From Chloroflexota bacterium (GTDB lineage: Bacteria > Chloroflexota > Dehalococcoidia > GIF9 > AB-539-J10), in assembly GCA_013388845.1 (NCBI GenBank), contig JACAEN010000026.1:37328-101327 (forward strand): a DNA stretch of 64,000 bases, written 5' to 3'. Position numbers and translations under genes: made by a program. This document shows positions 20,039 to 29,162 of the stretch, piece after piece (the stretch's first letter is position 1; every line of letters begins with the position of its first letter). The notes beneath the pieces were generated by a model that was not told where the DNA came from, did not search any database, and worked only from the letters and a program-made list of their open reading frames with translations.

Positions 20039-20992
20039 TTATAGGCCTCTGAGAAATTCAGGCCGGAGCAAAGAAGGGTCTCTGGCATCCAAGACTGCTT
20101 GTATTTGCCTGAGCATCCTAGCTTTGTCTTGCGGTAATCTTCCACGGACGGAAAGGTAGTTTGAGGCGTGCATGGAGCTGAAGAAGCAATCGGTAAAGTG
20201 GGAATCCTCTATGATTAGCTTTAGTTCCTCCAGCGACTGAAAAGGAGAAAGGGGATGGAATTCACCTCGTTCTCGTTGCTCGTAGAGTGGGGTGCCGGGA
20301 ACGAAGGTTAAGGTTAGGGCTCCCACATATTCTGGGTCAATTTCACTGAGAACTCGGGCTGTCTCCAACGCATGCTTCTGGCTTCCCTCGACACCACCAA
20401 GTCCCAAAATTATCGTTATAGAAGAGATTATCCTGGCTTCCTTTACTTTCTTTCCTGCCTCTATCAACTCATCTGAAGTTGCCCCTTTACCTATCTTCCG
20501 GAGAAGTTCATCATCACCGCTCTCCAGCCCGGTATAGAAAATACCCACTTTGAGCTGCTTTAATTCTTTGAGCTCATCTACACTGCGGCGCAGAATATCC
20601 TGCGGTGTGGCGTATGTGCCAACCCTTTCGATAGAAGGCAATTTTTCATTCAAGTACTGGAGAACCTCTCTCAATTTGGGAAAGGGGTAAACAAGAGCAT
20701 CGCCATCCTGAAGAAATACCTTTTTGCCGTCCCAACCTTGAGCTATGTCATATACCACCTTAGGAACATTAGGAAGCCGAATGCCCTTTCGCGTGAATAA
20801 GGCTAGAGCATCTATTTCATTCTTGACGTCCTCAACGTCTCGTATCCGGAGTTTTGAGCCATAGTACATACAGAAGGTGCAGGTGTTGGTAGAACACCCG
20901 CTGGTTAGTGGTAGAAAATAGCTGTTCCACTCGCTGGGAGGTCGGATAATCTCAGGTCTCTCGAAGCTCATGTGCCGATTTAATTTTCGCAC
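20039..20992 (-). CDS. radical SAM domain protein (non-canonical CX4CX2C motif)
   Basis: 317 aa. GCSTNTCTFC lies near the N-terminus, there is a glycine-rich SAM-binding region (FLQDGDAL), and a TIM-barrel-length core. No SPASM domain. Confidence 0.6.
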   Translation of the reverse strand: MRKLNRHMSFERPEIIRPPSEWNSYFLPLTSGCSTNTCTFCMYYGSKLRIRDVEDVKNEIDALALFTRKGIRLPNVPKVVYDIAQGWDGKKVFLQDGDALVYPFPKLREVLQYLNEKLPSIERVGTYATPQDILRRSVDELKELKQLKVGIFYTGLESGDDELLRKIGKGATSDELIEAGKKVKEARIISSITIILGLGGVEGSQKHALETARVLSEIDPEYVGALTLTFVPGTPLYEQRERGEFHPLSPFQSLEELKLIIEDSHFTDCFFSSMHASNYLSVRGRLPQDKARMLRQIQAVLDARDPSLLRPEFLRGL

Positions 20993-21110
20993 AGTACCGC
21001 AGCGGTTTTCAGGTACTGTTGCAAGCCTATTTTATCACCGAGGCAAGCTGGCCTCAAGAAAATACAACATTGCCACAAGCAACCCACACCTTTCCACTTC
21101 CTCTGCTTCC

Positions 21111-21905
21111 TCAATCAGCTTCCATCTTGGAGAAGAAGTAAGAACCTAATGTTGCTAAAGCCAGACACACTATAAGAAGAACAGTGAAATCAAGCCAGAG
21201 CGGAAAGGCGGCAACGCCAATAAGAGTATGCCTCAGCCCATCCACTCCGTAAGTCAAAGGATTGATGTACATTATGTATTTCAGCCAGGACGGCATAGCC
21301 TGCACAGGGAACATGGCACCTGAGAGTAGAAATATGGGAAATACTATTAAATTCATTATAGCCATGAAGCCTTCTAGATTGCCTAACTTGGTGGCAATAA
21401 TCAAGCCAAATCCCGTGAATGCGGCACAGGTCAGAATCATAATTAGTATGGCCAAAAAGAATCCTGGGACACTGGATAATTTGACCCCCATGGCTACGGC
21501 TATTCCCACGATGATGAGAGCTTGAACTATGGTTGTCGTTATGCCACCCAAGCTCCTACCCAGTATAACGGAAAAACGACTGACGGGAGCCACTAAAACC
21601 TCTTTGAGAAAGCCGAATTCTTTATCCCAAATAACCGATGCCCCAGACATGGTACCAGCAAATAATAGGGTCATGCCCACTATTCCAGGAGCCAGAAAGT
21701 CAAGGTAACCTATGCCTTCCAGCCCCGGTATTTGCCGGACAGGCACGAAGCTCATAGGCAATCCCAGAAAAGCCAGAAAGAATAGAGGCATCAATATTGA
21801 ACTAACTATTCTGGCCTTTACCCTCAAAAATCTCTTCATCTCCCGCAGCCACATGGTATAAATTGGCAGCGGGTCTATGAGGCGCTGGGCTCCGATTGCT
21901 CGCAT
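21111..21905 (-). CDS. ABC-2 type transporter permease
   Basis: 264 aa with six predicted TM helices. It is translationally coupled to the upstream ATPase, with 1 nt between them. Confidence 0.7.
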   Translation of the reverse strand: MRAIGAQRLIDPLPIYTMWLREMKRFLRVKARIVSSILMPLFFLAFLGLPMSFVPVRQIPGLEGIGYLDFLAPGIVGMTLLFAGTMSGASVIWDKEFGFLKEVLVAPVSRFSVILGRSLGGITTTIVQALIIVGIAVAMGVKLSSVPGFFLAILIMILTCAAFTGFGLIIATKLGNLEGFMAIMNLIVFPIFLLSGAMFPVQAMPSWLKYIMYINPLTYGVDGLRHTLIGVAAFPLWLDFTVLLIVCLALATLGSYFFSKMEAD

Positions 21906-21906
21906 G

Positions 21907-22923
21907 TTATCTCTTGCCTCCGCTCCTTCTCATCCAGGCTTTCCAGAATTCTTTCAGATTTCCTTCCTCCTCCCTTATAGTCCTGCCAGTGTAATAATGT
22001 AGAAAAGTATCCTCCAAACTGGGCTTATATAATTTGATTGATGATATAACAAATCCACGACTATCGGCAAAATCAATGAGCTCCGGTATTCTTTCCTCGC
22101 CGCCATCGATACTCAGCTCCAGTGAGCCGTCACGTGCTTCAATCTTCGTTATCCAGTCGAACTGCTTTAGCGAATCCGCCAGCCTGGCGTTGCTCTCCTG
22201 AGCTACTTGTAGCGAAATCAAATTCAAACCCACTGCCTGCTTGAGCTTTTCCGGCGTATCCATGGCTACTATGCGACCGTGGTCTATGATAGCCACCCGG
22301 TGGCACAGATAATCCGCCTCTTCCATATAATGGGTAGTCAGGATTATGGTTATGCCTTCTTTCTCATTTAGCAGCCTGATGTAATCCCAGAGGTCTCTCC
22401 TGGCCTGCACATCCAGACCCAAAGTCGGCTCGTCCAGAAACAGGACTTTAGGATGGGTCAGAAATCCTCGGGCAACCTCAAACCTGCGCTGTGTTCCGCC
22501 AGAGCATTCACTAATCCTCATATTCTCCTTCCCCTTCAGATCCAGCAGAGCCAGCACCTCCGCGATTCTCTTCTCTCTGGTTCTCCTGTCCAGATGATAC
22601 ATCCGGGCATGAAAATCCAGGTTTTCCTTACCGGTCAGAAAGGTATCAATAGCTCGGTCTTGAAACACAATTCCTGTGCACTCTCGGACCTTATCTCTTT
22701 CTCGGACGATATCATAGCCACAAACCTTGGCTGAGCCTGAAGTGGGATTGAGTATGGTGCAGAGCATCTTTACCAGCGTTGTCTTGCCAGCGCCGTTGGG
22801 GCCAAGGAAACCAAATACCTCTCCTTCCCGGACACTCAAGGTAACATGGTCGACAGCTACCAAGCCATCGAACTCTTTGGTCAGACCTTCAGTTTTGATT
22901 GTAATCGGGATTACATTATTCAT
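21907..22923 (-). CDS. ABC transporter ATP-binding protein (ABC-2/DrrA-like, with C-terminal extension)
   Basis: Walker A (GPNGAGKTT), the signature LSGGTQRR, Walker B (LFLDEPTLGLD) and the H-loop (THYMEEAD). Start chosen at MNNVIPI (22923) rather than the upstream track start. Confidence 0.8.
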   Translation of the reverse strand: MNNVIPITIKTEGLTKEFDGLVAVDHVTLSVREGEVFGFLGPNGAGKTTLVKMLCTILNPTSGSAKVCGYDIVRERDKVRECTGIVFQDRAIDTFLTGKENLDFHARMYHLDRRTREKRIAEVLALLDLKGKENMRISECSGGTQRRFEVARGFLTHPKVLFLDEPTLGLDVQARRDLWDYIRLLNEKEGITIILTTHYMEEADYLCHRVAIIDHGRIVAMDTPEKLKQAVGLNLISLQVAQESNARLADSLKQFDWITKIEARDGSLELSIDGGEERIPELIDFADSRGFVISSIKLYKPSLEDTFLHYYTGRTIREEEGNLKEFWKAWMRRSGGKR

Positions 22924-23869
22924 GGTCTTCGTCTGGCAACTTTCTCCCAACATAATGGAGGAAGACATCCTCCAGGCTGGGCTTGTGCTCTCCAATCGAG
23001 GAAATAGCGAAGCCGCGCTGCCGAGCCAATCTGACTACCTCGGGTATCTTCATCCCCTTGTCGCTTATAGTTAATTCCAGTTGGGCGTTATGCTGATGAA
23101 TCCGTCTGACCCAGCTCATTCCATTAAGCAAGCTGGCAAAGTCCTTAGCTAGAGCCTCCTGCGAAAACTTGATAGAAAGGACGCTGCTACCCAAGGAATC
23201 TCTTAGTGCCTGGGGTGTATCCGCCCTCAGAATCTTTCCATGGTCCAGGATAGCTATTCTATGGCAGAGATAGTCCGCCTCTTCAACATAATGAGTGTTG
23301 AGCAGCACAGTCGTACCGTGCTCTTCGTTCAATTTCTTGACATAATCTCACAATAGCCTCCTCGTCTGCACATCCAAGCCCAGGGTTGGCTCGTCGAGGA
23401 ACAGGACTCTAGGAGCATTCAACATGGCCCTGGCTATCTCCAGTCTGCGCTGCATGCCGCCGGAGTAATACTTCACCAATGTATTCTGTCTATCGCTTAA
23501 CCCCACCAAGTCCAGAGCCTGAGATATCCACTCATCCCTCACCCTTTTGGGAAGGTGATACAATCTGGCGTGGAAGTCCAGATTTTCTTTCGCTGTGAGA
23601 TTGATGTCCAAGCTCAGTTCTTCAAAAACAATGCCTATTGATTCCCGAACCTTGCCTCGCTCTTTGGTGATATCGTACCCAAACACCGTAGCTGTCCCGG
23701 CAGTGGGATTAAGCGCTGTCGCTAGCATCATGATAGTGCTGGTCTTGCCCGCTCCGTTAGCGCCCAGAAAGCCAAAAACTTCTCCCTCCTCAACCTCAAA
23801 TGAAATATGGTCCACGGCCAGCACACGACCAAATATCTTGGTCAGGTTGTCAGCTCTTATTGCCTTCAT
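22916..23869 (-). pseudogene. tandem paralog of ABC ATPase interrupted by in-frame TGA (Trp codon TGG->TGA)
   Basis: The N-half 23348..23869 ends ...LGLDVQTRRLL*, and the C-half continues in the same frame as DYVKKLNEEHGTTVLLNTHYVEEADYL. The intact paralog has W at this position (DLWDYIRLLNE). Confidence 0.6.
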
Positions 23870-24449
23870 TGTCCGTGCTACTTCCCAGAACCAGTTTTTG
23901 ACCGAGGCGAAATGCATCTTGTAGAGCTTCACGATTTTCTTCAATTTGAGCTTTGTTATCAATTCCCCTGACTAATAAATCGGCAAAATACCTTACACCT
24001 ATGGCGTCGAAAAAGTATTTCACCGTGAGCACTGCGCCATCAAAGAGCTTCTTCCCTCGAGTAGCTCCAACCGAGATGAATAGCCCTCTCCGCGCTCTCG
24101 CATCCTCTTTTCCTATACCCAACACATGCCTTCTCATCCAGAGCGCCTGACATCTATCTACCACAGCTTTCGTCTGGCTGGTAATGCCGTAGAAGAATAT
24201 GGGTGAAGCAAGAATGATATGGTCGGCTTCCAGAAGCTTATCGTAGAGCAATTGCATATCATCCTTGATAGCACAGTTGCCATCTTTGCGACAGGCATAT
24301 ATTTCCAGGCAAGGTGAGATTTTGAGTTTAGAGACCAGTACTTTCTCCACCTCAGCTCCAGCTTCTTGGGCACCTTCCAGCGCCTTATCCAGCAGGATTT
24401 CGGTATTGCTGTGCCTCCTTGGGCTGCCCATAATGCCTAATACTTTCAT
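23850..24449 (-). CDS. flavodoxin-like NADPH-dependent FMN reductase family protein
   Basis: MKVLGIMGSPRRHSNTE, and overall similarity to the Isf/FMN reductase fold. It lacks the compact 4-Cys motif. Confidence 0.6.
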   Translation of the reverse strand: MKVLGIMGSPRRHSNTEILLDKALEGAQEAGAEVEKVLVSKLKISPCLEIYACRKDGNCAIKDDMQLLYDKLLEADHIILASPIFFYGITSQTKAVVDRCQALWMRRHVLGIGKEDARARRGLFISVGATRGKKLFDGAVLTVKYFFDAIGVRYFADLLVRGIDNKAQIEENREALQDAFRLGQKLVLGSSTDNEGNKS

Positions 24450-24459
24450 ATTATTATCC

Positions 24460-25542
24460 CTATACACCGTATCTATCTCTCAGTATGTGCGACAGCTCAG
24501 GCAAGTAGGCAAATGCCTTTTCCACAATCCCTTCCTCAGAGCCAAGGGCGGGCTGACACTGGCTTACCTTCTCATTCACTATCCCCATCTGGCTTGTATC
24601 TCTGAGCAGGCACCTGGCAGGAGCCACCAGTGCCTGCCTAGCAATTTGGTTCACAGATAAACCGGTATGTTCCGAGATTACCTCCCAGTAATCTGAAAGC
24701 GTCGCCGCCAGCCTTTCTGGTGTCTGCGTCGCCAGAACTGTAGGTTCGGTAGGAACAATGCCCCACGAGATAATTCCACCTTTTTTGATAAATTCAGCCA
24801 CGGTAGCAGCATATTCCTTGGGCATAAACCCAATTTGATAAGCGTCGAAGGATAGAATTTCCACCCTCAGCTCCAACAGATAGGGCAAATTCACCTCGGC
24901 ACAGAGATGCACCCCTTTGGGACCTTCCTGCCCAGCCACAAAACTATGGTAGTCCTCTTTAGCCTGTTGGTCATTATAGCCCGAAAGACCGCTAAATACA
25001 TAACCCAGTCCTGGCTCGTCCAGCCAGACAAAGGCATTGGGATTCTTTTCCTTAAGCGCCCGATACTGGACATTGGCTTTCTTCTGCATAAAATCAAACA
25101 AAATAGTCCTCACCACATCGTTATAGATGATGGGCTTGAGGTTCTCGTCAAGCACCTTAAAGCCGAAACTCATGGGACCGATGTTCTGTCCCCTGATAGC
25201 TCTATAGCCTCCAAGCTCCTTCGAGAGAAACTTGTGGAATACTGCCGAATACTCAGATGTGAGAGTGAAGGTCTCCGGACTATCCATTTTCGCAAAATAA
25301 TCGTCGAGCTCTTGTTCAAATCGGCCAGTGTCAAAGGTAAGCCTCCCTCTATCAAAGTCAATGGCTATGCCCGGAAAATTCTGCGATGCTTGAACATACA
25401 TATCTTCATACAAGCTCACTTTGGGAAGCTGCGGCCAGAATGGAATATCCAGGCTCAAGGCAAGCTCCAGTGCCCGCTCCACATCCCGATGAGGCATTAT
25501 TCCCATAGCGGTCGTGCCGCATCTCGCCTCAAATGCTATCAT
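24460..25542 (-). CDS. MetE-like (UROD/MetE superfamily) zinc methyltransferase; possible core methionine synthase
   Basis: 360 aa with VWLDEPGLG, an H-x-C motif (VHLCAE), and a late Cys (APARCLL) resembling the MetE zinc ligands. The short length is like the archaeal and Dehalococcoides core-MetE. Confidence 0.5.
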   Translation of the reverse strand: MIAFEARCGTTAMGIMPHRDVERALELALSLDIPFWPQLPKVSLYEDMYVQASQNFPGIAIDFDRGRLTFDTGRFEQELDDYFAKMDSPETFTLTSEYSAVFHKFLSKELGGYRAIRGQNIGPMSFGFKVLDENLKPIIYNDVVRTILFDFMQKKANVQYRALKEKNPNAFVWLDEPGLGYVFSGLSGYNDQQAKEDYHSFVAGQEGPKGVHLCAEVNLPYLLELRVEILSFDAYQIGFMPKEYAATVAEFIKKGGIISWGIVPTEPTVLATQTPERLAATLSDYWEVISEHTGLSVNQIARQALVAPARCLLRDTSQMGIVNEKVSQCQPALGSEEGIVEKAFAYLPELSHILRDRYGV

Positions 25543-25681
25543 GAATTTCCAGTCTCTCTTCCCACAAATATCCCATAAATCATAACACGGACGTAAGTTA
25601 GTCTCGGAGCGAGAGTCCCCTTCCGAGGATTAGATTCTTTCCGATTGGTAATGTTGGACTTCTTTTTACCTGCGCTAAACT

Positions 25682-27586
25682 TTATATTCCCAGCTTTTTT
25701 CGATTCGCTTCTATGTGGGCCAAGATAGCATTGGCAGCCTGGACGGGGTCCTTTTCGACATTCAGTATACCGCCAGTTAACTGCCTACAGTCTTGTGTCA
25801 ACAAGTGAACCAAATTCGGTGCGCCGGTAACAGGGGGCACAGGATTCACATAGGTATAAAGACCAAAAGCCAGAGCAAAAATGGCATCAATAGTCGCTTT
25901 CTGTTCCATATACTCAGGGGCAACGGCAGCCACAGGTAGTTGGGAGACAGGTACATTGCCCAGAGCGCTGGATAGACTGGCCAGCAGATCAGCAATACGC
26001 CCGGTATCGGTGCACGTTCCGTAACTCAATACCGGCGGTATGCCCAAAGTCTGGCAGAGACCCTTAAGACCATTGCCGGCAAACTCGCTAGCCTCGGGGC
26101 GGCATAAACCTGCTACCTGCATGGCCCCATTGCCACAGCCCACAGACAGGACAAGCAGGTCGCGCTTAATCAGTTCCTTAGCCATCCGCACACTGTGGAC
26201 GTCCTGGCCGGTGTCTCTCAGAGTAGTGCATGAGACAAGTCCGATCACGCCCCGGATAGTACCGTCTTTGATTACCTTCAGGAGCAGCTCCAGAGAGCCA
26301 CCCAGGGCTTCAACTATGCTTTCTAAGGAGAAGCCGACTAAGGCTTCGTTCATCGGCAAACCTGTAACCGGCGGCACTAAGGCACGGCGTTCCTTAAAAT
26401 TCCCTACGGCCATCTGTAACAGCTGGGCTGCCTGTTCTTCAGCCTTTTCAGGTTCATAGTTGATACGCTCAGTAATGCCCTCGAAAGCAACTAGGTCGCT
26501 GACCGGCACCAGCTTTATTTTATATCTCTTGGCATAAGCGGGGTCGATAGGCATGGAGCAGTTCATATCGCAGGCAAAGAGGTCAACACAACCACTGCCG
26601 AGAACAGTCTCCTGCATTATCCAGTTACCGGTAAAACCATAGAAGGCGTCATCCATTTCCCATCTTTGAATCATCTCCTGCCCGGTCTCGATGTTGGCAA
26701 TAACGCGCAATCCCTTTGCCCCAACCGCCCGGGCTTTATTCTGCCATTCCGGCTTTCTAGCCAACTGAACCATGGCGAAACCCAAGAAGGGCTCATGGCC
26801 ATTGGGCAAAGCATTAACATAGTCGGGGTCAAGGACCCCGAGGTCAACACGCATCTTATGTGGCTTGGGCAGACCGAACATAATATCCTGGCAGTACTCA
26901 TTGACAATTTGACTCTGGTAAGCCATGGCTATGCTCAGGCGCAGTGCTTTCAGTGCCAAGCTGACATAATAGCCATCTACATTGGTGAGGCAGGAGCTTG
27001 TGGTACGCATCATCTCGCCGTATATTCCGCCAGGAAACAAATCCAGATTTTTCCAGATTTTCTTTCGTTCGTCGGGGGCTAGGGCTTCAACTATCTGGCT
27101 CGGCTCATCAGCTTTACGATTGAAGTCAGCTTCAACAAAATCGCAGAGAGCCAACGCTGTTTTCCCGATTGTGCCCGAGGTGGCTATCCCCAGCCTAGCA
27201 GCAAATGTCTTCAATTTGTCTTTTTCGATTATTCTAAAAGGAGTTTTACCTCTAGCTGTAGCTCGCAGAGTCTTGATGGTCTGCTCAGTGTGGTAGTGAT
27301 ATGTTGAAGCTCCCAGGACATTCCTGAAGAGCATCATACGCATCGCCATACCATCCCCGGTGATGCCACATACGCCTCTTTTGTCCTTGGCAACATCAGC
27401 GCGACACGGCCCGTTGGAGCATAAGTCACAGCGAACTCCTCCCATACAGAAGGGACAACGCTGGTCGGGATTGCCTCCCATTCCTTGGGCTTCGTATCTG
27501 TCCCAAATATTACTCATGCCATCTTTCTTAATCCTGTCATATACTCGAAGTACGGACTCGTGATATGAAATTCTTTGTTTCTCCAT
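25682..27586 (-). CDS. cooS: anaerobic carbon-monoxide dehydrogenase catalytic subunit (Ni-CODH, CooS/AcsA family)
   Basis: 634 aa with N-terminal Cys clusters CPFCMGGVRCDLCSNGPCR (D/B-cluster ligands, GPCR motif), and the size and architecture of CooS. Confidence 0.8.
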   Translation of the reverse strand: MEKQRISYHESVLRVYDRIKKDGMSNIWDRYEAQGMGGNPDQRCPFCMGGVRCDLCSNGPCRADVAKDKRGVCGITGDGMAMRMMLFRNVLGASTYHYHTEQTIKTLRATARGKTPFRIIEKDKLKTFAARLGIATSGTIGKTALALCDFVEADFNRKADEPSQIVEALAPDERKKIWKNLDLFPGGIYGEMMRTTSSCLTNVDGYYVSLALKALRLSIAMAYQSQIVNEYCQDIMFGLPKPHKMRVDLGVLDPDYVNALPNGHEPFLGFAMVQLARKPEWQNKARAVGAKGLRVIANIETGQEMIQRWEMDDAFYGFTGNWIMQETVLGSGCVDLFACDMNCSMPIDPAYAKRYKIKLVPVSDLVAFEGITERINYEPEKAEEQAAQLLQMAVGNFKERRALVPPVTGLPMNEALVGFSLESIVEALGGSLELLLKVIKDGTIRGVIGLVSCTTLRDTGQDVHSVRMAKELIKRDLLVLSVGCGNGAMQVAGLCRPEASEFAGNGLKGLCQTLGIPPVLSYGTCTDTGRIADLLASLSSALGNVPVSQLPVAAVAPEYMEQKATIDAIFALAFGLYTYVNPVPPVTGAPNLVHLLTQDCRQLTGGILNVEKDPVQAANAILAHIEANRKKLGI

Positions 27587-27900
27587 GGCAATTCCTCCTT
27601 TCGCTTGTCGCTACTCTCTAAGCTACAGTCTGATTCCCGAATAATGGTGAAGGATAGTATATTTTGTAAATAAGAGCAAGATTCCAAGAGGCACCATGCA
27701 AATTAACCATACTTTATGTCCTGATTTCTTAGATAACAAAGCGTAAACCTGCTTCTAGTCAAGGTTAGAGAACAAGCACTGGGCAGGTAACAAAAACTAG
27801 CCTGCGCTCGAGCACCAAGAGGGTTCCAATTGGCTACTATATCCTCTACCCCAATGCATAATATAGCGACACCGGGTACTGAACGAGGACATGAGCTGTG

Positions 27901-28166
27901 AAGGCTGAGATACATAGGTAACATCCATGGTATGGTTAGTAGTGGTAGTAAGTTAGCATGAGGAGTTACCGGGAGGAGAAAGCCGGTCAGCGTCAACTCC
28001 GATGTTAATCCGAGAAACCGCGTTGTCCCGACCTGTCGGGATAACTTCAATCGACCGCACCAATCACTTGGCTATCTTGCCCTTGTGGAGTATATCGAAA
28101 AGAAACTTGCTAAAATATCTTCCCCAGTGTTACCCATGTGGTCAGCCAGCACGGTTATAATTGACA
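27901..28166. repeat. ~250-bp dispersed repeat, copy 2
   Basis: The same element as 13800-14061. Its terminal ttgaca at 28161-66 serves as the rpsU -35. Confidence 0.6.
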
Positions 28167-28189
28167 CACTTAAGTGACTGGGGTAAAAT
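28161..28189 (+). promoter_or_regulatory. promoter TTGACA-17-TAAAAT for rpsU (very short leader)
   Basis: ttgaca 28161-66, a 17-nt spacer, and taaaat 28184-89. The rpsU ATG is at 28203, so the leader is only ~6-8 nt. Confidence 0.55.
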
Positions 28190-28202
28190 ACACTGTTTTG
28201 AT

Positions 28203-28379
28203 ATGGCTGATGTAAGACTTGGTTCAGGAGAGAGTTTCGAGGCCCTGCTGCGTAGATTTAATAGGCAGGTGCAGCAAGACCGTATTTTAGCCGAAGTTCG
28301 CCGCCGCAAGCATTATGAAAAACCTAGTGAAGAGAGAAGAAAGAAAGCGGCAGCGAAAAGGCGAAAAAGTTTAAGATAG
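28203..28379 (+). CDS. rpsU: 30S ribosomal protein S21
   Basis: MADVRLGSGESFEALLRRFNRQVQQDRILAEVRRRKHYEKPSEERRKK matches S21. The track ORF began at the TTG that is actually the -35 hexamer. Confidence 0.85.
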   Translation: MADVRLGSGESFEALLRRFNRQVQQDRILAEVRRRKHYEKPSEERRKKAAAKRRKSLR

Positions 28380-28386
28380 CCCGGAG

Positions 28387-28833
28387 ATGGCGCTAAAGGA
28401 TAACATTCAGGAAGCCCTCAAGAGAGCACTTAAGCAGCAGAGAGTAGAGGTTGCTACATTAAGGTTATTATTATCTGAAATAAGGAATGCCGAAATTGCG
28501 CAGCAAAAGCCTGCTGATGATAACAAAGTGCTTGATGTTATTGCCAAGGAAGTAAAACGTCGCCGGGAGAGCATTGAGGCTTTTAAGAAAGGGAATCGTA
28601 GCGATCTGGTGGCGCAGGAGGAAGCAGAACTGGCTGTTCTTATGAGCTATCTTCCTAAGCAAATGAGTCGGGCGGATATCATAGCAGCGGCACGACAGGC
28701 GATTGAGGCAATTGGAGCTAAGGGGCCGAGTGACAAAGGCAAAGTCATGTCTCAGCTTATGCCTCAACTCAAAGGCAAGGCTGATGGCAAAGAAGTGAGC
28801 GATATAGTTTCAGAATTGCTTGCTACCAGCTAG
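28387..28833 (+). CDS. GatB/YqeY domain protein
   Basis: 148 aa. The rpsU-yqeY pairing is conserved, and the GatB_Yqey-like sequence is present (EAFKKGNRSDLVAQEEAELAVLMSYLP). Confidence 0.8.
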   Translation: MALKDNIQEALKRALKQQRVEVATLRLLLSEIRNAEIAQQKPADDNKVLDVIAKEVKRRRESIEAFKKGNRSDLVAQEEAELAVLMSYLPKQMSRADIIAAARQAIEAIGAKGPSDKGKVMSQLMPQLKGKADGKEVSDIVSELLATS

Positions 28834-28870
28834 GTTTAGAAGGCGATCGAGGTTTTCAAATTACGATGTG

Positions 28871-28905
28871 ATGGCGGTAAAAGAGCGCCGCCATTGTTCT
28901 TTTGT
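28871..28905 (+). terminator. rho-independent terminator
   Basis: A 7-bp stem (atggcgg) closes a 10-nt loop (taaaagagcg) and pairs with ccgccat. It is followed by tgttcttttg. Confidence 0.6.
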
Positions 28906-28974
28906 GGTGATATTGGCTTTAAAAGTGAATGCCCCAGGGTGACAAGAACTTGGTGAGATAGCCTTAGGAGACAA

Positions 28975-29160
28975 ATCCTAGGCACGAAATCCTAAATGCT
29001 AAACAATTCAGAGAGTTAATGACCAATCCCGATAAAATCGGCACAAAACGGAATGAGTTTTAGTATCCGAATTTGGAATTTTGAATTTGTCCCGACTTCG
29101 ACGAGGATGCTCGATGAAATCGGCATTTAGAGCTTAGAATTTAGGATTTGGGATTTAATT
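28975..29160. repeat. AAATCC/GGATTT-rich inverted-repeat (MITE-like) element, copy B
   Basis: The left arm caaatcctaggcacgaaatcctaaatgctaaacaa matches the reverse complement of the right arm tagaatttaggatttgggattta. The internal sequence gaatttggaattttgaatttgtcccgacttcg matches copy A. Confidence 0.4.
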
Positions 29161-29162
29161 AG

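Noticed and set aside
27703-28050. 115-aa minus-strand ORF overlapping repeat copy 2
   Set aside because: It is not conserved in the other copies, has no RBS, and is a shadow ORF in a repeat.
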